Below, piece by piece: positions 10,530 through 17,766 of a stretch of 64,000 bases of DNA. The position numbers were made by a program, and so were the translations under genes. The first letter of the stretch is position 1. Each line of letters opens with the position of its first letter. Source of the DNA: an uncultured bacterium (lineage in GTDB: Bacteria; Zixibacteria; MSB-5A5; GN15; FEB-12); the NCBI GenBank assembly GCA_965372795.1, contig CBDVDR010000005.1:64001-128000 (forward strand), written 5' to 3'. A model generated the notes under the pieces. It was not told the origin of the DNA. It saw nothing but the letters and a program-made list of their open reading frames with translations, and did no database searches.

Positions 10530-11399
10530 ATGGAACTCGACCTTCAGGGAAATATAGAACAATTCACATTACCGGAAATTTTTCAATTAGTTGCTTCGGG
10601 ACGTAAATCCGGAACTTTGGGTATTCAGCAAGAAGATACCATTGTTATGATTTATTTCCAGGAAGGTGAGATTATTTACGGGTATGGTCCTCGTGAGACA
10701 TTTCATATTGGCAGTTTACTTAAGGATAAAGGAATCATTTCCAGCGAGCAGCTTGATGAGGCGGTTCGTCAACAAGCCAAAACAGAAAACACAAAGCGCC
10801 TTGGTGAAATTCTTATATCCAAAAATTATATTGATAAGACCGATCTAAATAATGTTGTCACCAATCAGATTGAAGAACTTCTATATTCTCTTCTGACCTG
10901 GAAATCGGGCACCTTTAAGTTTTATGAAAACCAATTCCCCACTGATGAAGAAATTACTGTTAAAGTATCGGTTGAAAATGTTATTCTTGAGGGACTTCGC
11001 CGAACCGATGAAATGAATATGGTCAAAATGACATTACCGGACATTAATAAAGTGTACACCATCTCTGCCACTCAGGGAGACCGACCCCGGGATTTATCTA
11101 TGAAAGCTGATGAGTGGAATATTATGGCATTAGTTGACGGCCATAAAAATATTGATGAGATTTGTCAGATGAGTCATTTGTCTCGCGAGAAAACTTTGGT
11201 AAAACTGGCTCAACTCAAACTTGCCGGTTTAATCACTCCTTATGATCGTCCAAAATCTTCCGGATCATCAGGTGCTCCTGATCTTGAAAATATGATCAAT
11301 CATCTGGCTGGATTATTCGAAGACTACTTGACGGCTAAATCAGAATCCCGCCTTGACCATAGACAGACGACCAACACTTTTGTGGAGAATCTCGATTGA
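10530..11399 (+). CDS. DUF4388 (PatA-N-like) domain protein with MshEN-like insert and C-terminal wHTH-like region
   Basis: LQGNIEQFTLPEIFQLV…KSGTL…IYF.EGEI, LLTWKSGTFKF, ILEGLRRTDE; internal IGSLL…RLGEILI. Confidence 0.85.
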   Translation: MELDLQGNIEQFTLPEIFQLVASGRKSGTLGIQQEDTIVMIYFQEGEIIYGYGPRETFHIGSLLKDKGIISSEQLDEAVRQQAKTENTKRLGEILISKNYIDKTDLNNVVTNQIEELLYSLLTWKSGTFKFYENQFPTDEEITVKVSVENVILEGLRRTDEMNMVKMTLPDINKVYTISATQGDRPRDLSMKADEWNIMALVDGHKNIDEICQMSHLSREKTLVKLAQLKLAGLITPYDRPKSSGSSGAPDLENMINHLAGLFEDYLTAKSESRLDHRQTTNTFVENLD

Positions 11400-12058
11400 C
11401 CGATTATTTTACATTAAAATCCCTTGAAGGATTGCTTGAGGCATTTCTTGCCGGAGTGGTTCATGTTAAACAGAACAGGTTAAAAGTTATAGAGGGAATT
11501 AACCGCCTTGATGATATAGCTCGCTTTACGGATGAAAAGGGTTCAATTGATGATGCAATTGGTGATTGGTTTGCAGATCATTCCCAATGGCTGAATAAGC
11601 AGGATTTGAAGGAAAATGATATTTCACGTATAGGTGGACTTTTAGAAAATATCAGAGGTCATCTTGATCAGAATAAATTAAGTTCTCCTTCCCGCCGGAA
11701 AATCAGTTCAGAAATTGACCGGTGGAGTTCGATGGTAAGTAAAACTCCTAGAAAAGTAGTTTTAAAACGACCTCCAGAACTTAAAACATCAACCGAACAC
11801 GATACTATTGCGATGTATGCCAATCACTTAGATGACATGACCGCTCTTTTCAAGGATAAGGTTGAAGGAAAGAAACATATTCTTTCAATATTGGATGATG
11901 CCTTAAAATCGGCTGTTGACCAAAAGAATAAACAAGCCTTGCTTTTATCGGGGTATATCATATATTATCTCAAACTTGACGGGTACCTTGTCGAGCCTTA
12001 CGTAAAAAGGCTCAAACAAGCCGAACAGTTGCAAAAAGGAGACATGACAAATGCTTAA
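11396..12058 (+). CDS. Hypothetical protein
   Basis: 220-aa ORF, 4-nt overlap with upstream stop, GGAG RBS. Confidence 0.75.
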   Translation: MTDYFTLKSLEGLLEAFLAGVVHVKQNRLKVIEGINRLDDIARFTDEKGSIDDAIGDWFADHSQWLNKQDLKENDISRIGGLLENIRGHLDQNKLSSPSRRKISSEIDRWSSMVSKTPRKVVLKRPPELKTSTEHDTIAMYANHLDDMTALFKDKVEGKKHILSILDDALKSAVDQKNKQALLLSGYIIYYLKLDGYLVEPYVKRLKQAEQLQKGDMTNA

Positions 12059-12299
12059 TCATTTTGAGAAAGCATATTGCCAGGCAATTATTGCACTCAA
12101 GGAGAAAAAATACCGTCAGGCAGCCAGTTGCTTTGAAAATGCGGCACCTTATTATTCCGATAACAAAGAATTTACTTTGTTGATGGAAACAAATAAGATG
12201 CTTTTGGTTGTTAAAGAGAAACTGGCCGAAGAAGAAAATGAAGAGATAATTATAAAGGAGGCGTTCGCGCATGGCAAAGAAACAGAGCTTCTCGGATAA
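12051..12299 (+). CDS. Small hypothetical protein (single TPR-like helical hairpin)
   Basis: AGGAG RBS, overlaps upstream gene, A…K.Y.QA…FE.A pattern. Confidence 0.65.
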   Translation: MLNHFEKAYCQAIIALKEKKYRQAASCFENAAPYYSDNKEFTLLMETNKMLLVVKEKLAEEENEEIIIKEAFAHGKETELLG

Positions 12300-12459
12300 A
12301 TCATCCAAAAAGTCTCATTCTATGAGTTGCCCGGTTTGTCAGGAAGGTTTTCAGTTTATCAAATTTGTGAAGTCTGTCAAGACTGACGTTGGTGCTTGGA
12401 AATTCCGCTCACAAAATATCGGTGTCTGCAAATGTAACCATAAAGAAGTTTACGGCTAA
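12271..12459 (+). CDS. Small basic Cys4 protein, DUF4295/bL38-like candidate
   Basis: AAGGAGG RBS; MAKKQSF…CPVC…IKFVKSVKT..GAWKF…CKC. Confidence 0.7.
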   Translation: MAKKQSFSDKSSKKSHSMSCPVCQEGFQFIKFVKSVKTDVGAWKFRSQNIGVCKCNHKEVYG

Positions 12460-12505
12460 GCGATTTAATCGCTTTATTATACCTACACAGGTTACAACAA
12501 AATTT

Positions 12506-12536
12506 AAAAAGCTCTTCCATCCGGGAGAGTTTTTTT
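12506..12536. terminator. Intrinsic terminator between convergent operons
   Basis: AAAAAGCTCTTCC-ATCC-GGGAGAGTTTTTTT hairpin with G-U pairs and U tract. Confidence 0.85.
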
Positions 12537-12577
12537 GTTTGGGGGTATCTATTAATAATTATAATTGATTTGTTAAA

Positions 12578-14632
12578 TTACTTATCCAATTGGTCTTTTG
12601 GATCTATTGGTTTTCCAGCTTTAATTAAGTCGTGTAGCTTCTGAACTCTTGATTCATTGGGACTCTTAATCTCATGAAAAATCTTTATTGCCTCTTCAAA
12701 ATTCCGTATTGATTGTTCAATGTTTTTAGCTCCATAAAAAGCCTTACCCATTTGCCAAAGTGTTAATCCTTTCTCTGAGGGAATTTCTATTTCGCTGTAA
12801 TAAGTAAGTGCCTCTTCATATTTTAAAATTGCCTGATCCCATCTTTCGTAAGCTCTGTCAACATTACCTAATCCCACCAAACAGTCTACTTCTCCATATC
12901 TATTTTTAATTTTTCGAAAAGTTATTTTAGCCTTTTCAAATAACTTTTCAGCAGAATTAAATTTGTTTTGCACTCGTTGAATATTGCCTTGTGAATAAAG
13001 AGTATTTACTTCACCAAATTCATCTCCAATTTTTTGATAGATCGATTTAGCCTTTTCATAATAATCTCTTGCAGAAACATATTGACGCTTCTGAAATTCT
13101 ATACCACCTTGCGAAAAAAGAACATTTGCGACTCCCTGTTTATCTCCAATTTTTTCGTAGATAGATTTTGCCTGCTTATAAAATTCTTCTGCAGAATCAA
13201 ATTGATATAGATAAAAATCAATATCGCCTTGCGATTTAAGAGTATTTGCTTCACCATGTTTACTTCCAATTTCTTGATAGATTGATTCCGCCCTTTTATA
13301 ATATTCTTTTGATAATTCATATTGATCCTTCTGTAACTCTATGCCGCCTTTTGAAAAAAGAACATTTGCAACACCCTGTTTATCTCCGATTTTTATGTAG
13401 ATAGATTCAGCCTGTTCATAAAATTCTTTTGCAGAATCATATTGATCCAGATAAAATTCTATATCACCTTGTGAGCGGAGCGTATTTGCTTTTCCCAGTT
13501 TACTTCCAATTTCTATGTAGATAGATTCAGCCTGTTCATAAAATTCTTTTGCAGAATGATATTGATCTTTTCGAAGTTCAATATCGCCAAGTGAACAGAG
13601 TGTAGTTGCTTCTCCGAGTTTATCGCCAATTTCTCGGTAGATTGTTTCGGCATGTATAAAATATTCTTTTGCTGTGTCGAATTGTTCCTCGTGCAGTTCT
13701 AAATCGCCCTGTGAAAGAAGTGTGTTCGCTTGACCAAGTTTATTCCCAATTTCCCAATATATTATTTTACTCTGTTCGTAATATTCTTTTGCTGAGTCAT
13801 ATTGGTTCTTCCTATGCTCAATATCGCCTTGTAATTTTATAGTATTTGCTACTCCGAGTTTATTTCCAATTTTATGGTAGATAGTTTCAGACTTTTTATA
13901 ATATATTTTTGCCTTATCATAATTTGATAATCTGTTTAGGGCCTGACCATGCGAAAAATTCAGATTCCCCCAAAACAAATCATCATCAATCTTTATTTCT
14001 CTTATTAAATGAATTTTGTCTAAAGCATTGTTCAATTGATATTTGTATAAATCAACTTGTATCTCCCAAAAAAGACAATAAGCTAAAGCTTTTTTTGAAA
14101 CAAGGGCAGCGAAACTTTGCTCATATATATTTCTTATAAGAGCTTCTATTTTATCATAAGCATAAAATGGAGGATTTAACCAATTTATACATGTATTATA
14201 AAATATATCTTCTCCTTTTTCAGCATCTGCGACCAAAAGATTTCGTATATATTCAATCATCCATCCGGTATCATCAAGGTTTTGATCTTTCCCGTAATTT
14301 GCTGCATTGAAACTTAGTATTTTGTAAGTTTTAGGATCGTTCTCCCACAAATGTTTTTGAAGTATTTTCCGGCTTCGTTCGTGAATGTTAAATCCTTTTC
14401 CTTCAAAAGGTTCAACATAGCTTAACGAAATCAAATCATCGAAACCTTTTATCGATGACTTATCTAGAGTTGCACTCAGATATTTTTCATCAAACCAAGT
14501 TAGAATTGAAGCTGCCCTGACTGCGTCACGAATTTCAGAATTGAGGTTTTCAAGGCTGAACTCCATAACCAGCCATTCCCGCTCTTCATCATTTTTGGCA
14601 TTTTCAAGTTTTGCCAGAAAATCTTCAATCAT
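12578..14632 (-). CDS. STAND-type winged-helix + tetratricopeptide repeat protein (sensor half of split NLR-like pair)
   Basis: N-terminal AVRAASILTWFD…L.SLSYVE…FNIHERSR (WHD-like) followed by about 11 40-aa TPR units (G.ANTL..QGDI…QYDSAKE.YEQA.SIY..IG). Confidence 0.9.
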   Translation of the reverse strand: MIEDFLAKLENAKNDEEREWLVMEFSLENLNSEIRDAVRAASILTWFDEKYLSATLDKSSIKGFDDLISLSYVEPFEGKGFNIHERSRKILQKHLWENDPKTYKILSFNAANYGKDQNLDDTGWMIEYIRNLLVADAEKGEDIFYNTCINWLNPPFYAYDKIEALIRNIYEQSFAALVSKKALAYCLFWEIQVDLYKYQLNNALDKIHLIREIKIDDDLFWGNLNFSHGQALNRLSNYDKAKIYYKKSETIYHKIGNKLGVANTIKLQGDIEHRKNQYDSAKEYYEQSKIIYWEIGNKLGQANTLLSQGDLELHEEQFDTAKEYFIHAETIYREIGDKLGEATTLCSLGDIELRKDQYHSAKEFYEQAESIYIEIGSKLGKANTLRSQGDIEFYLDQYDSAKEFYEQAESIYIKIGDKQGVANVLFSKGGIELQKDQYELSKEYYKRAESIYQEIGSKHGEANTLKSQGDIDFYLYQFDSAEEFYKQAKSIYEKIGDKQGVANVLFSQGGIEFQKRQYVSARDYYEKAKSIYQKIGDEFGEVNTLYSQGNIQRVQNKFNSAEKLFEKAKITFRKIKNRYGEVDCLVGLGNVDRAYERWDQAILKYEEALTYYSEIEIPSEKGLTLWQMGKAFYGAKNIEQSIRNFEEAIKIFHEIKSPNESRVQKLHDLIKAGKPIDPKDQLDK
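13020..13925 (-). repeat. 120-bp tandem coding repeats (TPR units)
   Basis: 120-nt periodicity, e.g. a 44-nt exact match between 13394-13437 and 13514-13557. Confidence 0.9.
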
Positions 14633-15423
14633 TATTTATCTGTCTTTAATGGTAAATTCATAATTACTTTCATAATTGCTTCTGGTCGACCCTTGAAAGC
14701 ATGACATACACCTGCAAGCCAGTTCAGTGGATTCTCCACCTCAATATGACGATTTAATTCTTCAACAACAGGCATCCAATCTTTAGCATCAGGGATTCCC
14801 AATAAAGGATAATGATTACAACAATCACCCCACCCAATATTTTTTATATCTGGTATACATTGACCGGCTACAAGAACTCTCATTTGAGGAGTATCTGAGA
14901 CATGTCCTAAAAATGAATCATCCAACCAACTTTTAAACACACTTGTTGCTTTTTCAAAAGTATCTATAATTATCAGCAGGTTATTATCAAAATTTTTAAT
15001 ATCCTGAAACCATGCGTTTGTTAATATCGATTGACGTATTCTTTTATCTTCTTCCTTTTCAGCTCTTAAGGCAATTTCAATACTGCTTCTATCACCTTTT
15101 AATTTGACGTCTTTAATATTAAGATTTATAGTCGTATGTTCAGAATATGTTGAAACCTCATGTTGGAATTCAGGCAATAGTTCCCAGCCCAGTTTATTTA
15201 CTGATCTATAAAAAATATCTGTAACAGAGATTGTTCCGGATTTGCAATCAAAGCCAATATGAATAAGGTCATCTGGGATCCTATTCTTACAGTCAAAAAG
15301 CAGTTTAGTTTTCCCACTACCACTTTCACCTTCAAAAAATAAAATAGGCTTGTCACAATCGGAACAACATAACTCATCAAAAGCGGAACGTTCATCTACA
15401 TAATCTGCGAAAACAGTTGACAT
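14632..15423 (-). CDS. STAND/AAA_16-like P-loop NTPase
   Basis: Walker A GESGSGKT, Walker B LLIIIDTFE, sensor strand RVLVAGQ, C-terminal GxP (KGRP); TAATG overlap with the TPR gene. Confidence 0.85.
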   Translation of the reverse strand: MSTVFADYVDERSAFDELCCSDCDKPILFFEGESGSGKTKLLFDCKNRIPDDLIHIGFDCKSGTISVTDIFYRSVNKLGWELLPEFQHEVSTYSEHTTINLNIKDVKLKGDRSSIEIALRAEKEEDKRIRQSILTNAWFQDIKNFDNNLLIIIDTFEKATSVFKSWLDDSFLGHVSDTPQMRVLVAGQCIPDIKNIGWGDCCNHYPLLGIPDAKDWMPVVEELNRHIEVENPLNWLAGVCHAFKGRPEAIMKVIMNLPLKTDK

Positions 15424-15431
15424 ATTGTTTA

Positions 15432-15749
15432 TTAGTCCTCTTTAGGTCCGATATCAATCTTACTACCTTTACCAATAATTTGAATTTTCTTTGCCTCTAA
15501 ATCATCACCCTTAATTTTAATCTCACTTTCGTCACCATCGATCTTAACATCTTCAATGTCTGCTTTTGTTTCTCCTGTTTGACCGGTGTCTTTCATCTCA
15601 ACCCCGGCCTCTATGCCATCATTGTTAAATTTAAGAAATAATTTCTTTATTTTTTTGCGATTTGGATAAATTACAACAAAAAATAACACCAAGACTACAA
15701 AAGAAATTAAAATAACTAATTGGGTTGTATCCATATCGAAAATCCCCAC
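15432..15749 (-). CDS. Small single-TM protein with C-terminal beta-repeat pair
   Basis: TM helix aa 11-28, basic stop-transfer RKKIKK, two 15-aa repeats 21 aa apart; its 3' end supplies a GAGGA RBS for the NTPase. Confidence 0.75.
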   Translation of the reverse strand: MGIFDMDTTQLVILISFVVLVLFFVVIYPNRKKIKKLFLKFNNDGIEAGVEMKDTGQTGETKADIEDVKIDGDESEIKIKGDDLEAKKIQIIGKGSKIDIGPKED

Positions 15750-15897
15750 ATGTATAATTAGAAAGTCTTATAACTATTTTTTAATTCTTATTATCCTAAT
15801 ATCTGCCTGCTATAGAGATATATCTCTAATATCATTATATAATATTAAATAGTGAACCAATTATCAATAGATTTTTTCTAGTATTTTGTATTGTCCC

Positions 15898-16788
15898 CTA
15901 AGCGTGGGATGTGAGCGGGAAAAGGTATTCAGTATCTTCAAGGGGGAAATCACTCAACAGGTGGGTGCCGTTATCGGTTACCGGAATTAAGTTATCTGCG
16001 ACTGAAACTGAATTGAATTCTTCTAACTTTAATTTGTCCGGCATAAATAAAAACTCGACCGCCTTATCACTCTCATTACAGAGGTATGGATACAGTTCCG
16101 AAAATATCGGAATCTTTTTAGCAACAATATCATAAACGGTAACCGTTCCCTTGTCCCGTTTGAATGATACGATTGTATCAAGCTCTTTGATGTAGTAAAG
16201 ATTATCATTCAAAACATATAAACACCAAAACATAAACAGACGCGGATTGTAAACACCTAACAGGTCAGAGACTGATTCTCTTTCATTGGCATATTTGTAA
16301 ATAAAATCAAGGTCGGCTTTATTGCTGATCTCCAACTTTTTCAAATCTCGTTTGGGAGTTCCCCCGTCAATTTTAATATTTGTTTTATACTCTTCTACTT
16401 TCCTAAAACCGCGATTTTTATAATATTCCTGGGCATCTTCATCAGCAAAAAGGAAAAAGAAATCATGGTTCGGTTTTGCCCAATCCATTGCTTTTTGAGT
16501 AAGTTCAAGATTCAACCCCTGTTTGCGATAATCAGGATGCGTCCCTACCCCGGAAATTTGAGCCACCAATTTACGCTGGCCATTTACAACCATATCCATA
16601 GAATAGACGCAAACATTTGACACTAACATATCTTTGTTAAAGTATGAGAAGGGTCGATAATTATTATCCCAGTAGCCGGCTTTATCCCAAAGAGTAAGAT
16701 CAAGGTTGTGGATAAAATTAAGATGTTTGATGAATTTATCTTTTGACTCTAAATCGTTCCAGTAATTTTCTTTATAAATCAAATCCAT
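15898..16788 (-). CDS. GNAT family N-acetyltransferase
   Basis: VGTHPDYRKQGL acetyl-CoA motif, YYKNRGF. Confidence 0.9.
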   Translation of the reverse strand: MDLIYKENYWNDLESKDKFIKHLNFIHNLDLTLWDKAGYWDNNYRPFSYFNKDMLVSNVCVYSMDMVVNGQRKLVAQISGVGTHPDYRKQGLNLELTQKAMDWAKPNHDFFFLFADEDAQEYYKNRGFRKVEEYKTNIKIDGGTPKRDLKKLEISNKADLDFIYKYANERESVSDLLGVYNPRLFMFWCLYVLNDNLYYIKELDTIVSFKRDKGTVTVYDIVAKKIPIFSELYPYLCNESDKAVEFLFMPDKLKLEEFNSVSVADNLIPVTDNGTHLLSDFPLEDTEYLFPLTSHA

Positions 16789-16821
16789 AAAAAACAATAC
16801 CTTTGTATAATCGTAGAGAAT

Positions 16822-17697
16822 TTATTCGCGCCACAAAGGTCTTGTCAGACAGGTAGGACCGCCGGCACCTTTGGCGGATATTTCATTTCCCTTATAGGTC
16901 AGCACCTCGGCACCAGCCTTTTCAAGGCGTTTCTTTGTAACCGGATTACCCTCAATAGCAATACATTTACGAGGAGCAATCGCCAGGACATTGCAACCCA
17001 TCGAATCAAATTCTTCTTCAGGGACTTCCACCAGTTCTATCCCCCGTTCAAGCAGCCAATTTCTGAAGGGAACCGGCATGATTTTAGAATAAACCAGGGC
17101 AAGGTTTGAATCTATCGGACTGATAAATGACATGAGATGCATGACATCATTAACACCCGTCCAATGCGGAAGCGGCACAACAACAAACTCATCAACTAAG
17201 TCAATCGTTAATTCTCTAAGCTGATCAATGCCAGCTTTATTGGTTCGATAGCCATGCCCAACAACCAAGGTTCGCTCATCAAGCCAGACAATATCGCCAC
17301 CCTCCATTGAACCATCCTCGCAAATCTTCCCTAAAACCGGTACTCCGATTTTTTCAAGATACGCTCCGACCAGAGCCGGTTCGTTTTTTCGATCTTCTTT
17401 TCCCATATTAGCCAAAATCGCACCGTTTTTTGTAATTATAGAAGTATCACGCACGTAGATAGAATCTATTCCAGCTTCAACCGATGATGGCAAATACTCA
17501 AAGTTATCAATCTCAGATTTTAATAATTCCTCAAATTGTTCATACTCATCGAGGGCTTCATTAAAATCAGGGCAATCAAGATAGTTAAATTTTTTCCAGT
17601 ATTCGTCAAGTTTTGATTGGGCGATAAAAGCATCTTTGGGATGACTTAAAAGAATTCTTCTGATATTCGAGATTTCAGACTGACTGCCATGAGACAT
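16822..17697 (-). CDS. Amidinotransferase / dimethylarginine dimethylaminohydrolase-like protein
   Basis: YVRD, EGGD, RTN, MHL, GAGGPTCLTRPL with catalytic Cys. Confidence 0.92.
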   Translation of the reverse strand: MSHGSQSEISNIRRILLSHPKDAFIAQSKLDEYWKKFNYLDCPDFNEALDEYEQFEELLKSEIDNFEYLPSSVEAGIDSIYVRDTSIITKNGAILANMGKEDRKNEPALVGAYLEKIGVPVLGKICEDGSMEGGDIVWLDERTLVVGHGYRTNKAGIDQLRELTIDLVDEFVVVPLPHWTGVNDVMHLMSFISPIDSNLALVYSKIMPVPFRNWLLERGIELVEVPEEEFDSMGCNVLAIAPRKCIAIEGNPVTKKRLEKAGAEVLTYKGNEISAKGAGGPTCLTRPLWRE

Positions 17698-17766
17698 ACT
17701 TACTCCTTTAAAAAACAGGGAAAACCAGTAAGTTATTAAAATTATTGAATTAATAGCCCTTTATAT

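Noticed and set aside
13020..13925. Periodic DNA repeats as a CRISPR array or DGR template/variable repeat
   Set aside because: The period is 120 nt, in frame, with no unique spacers. Differences are not adenine-specific, and no cas or reverse transcriptase gene is present.
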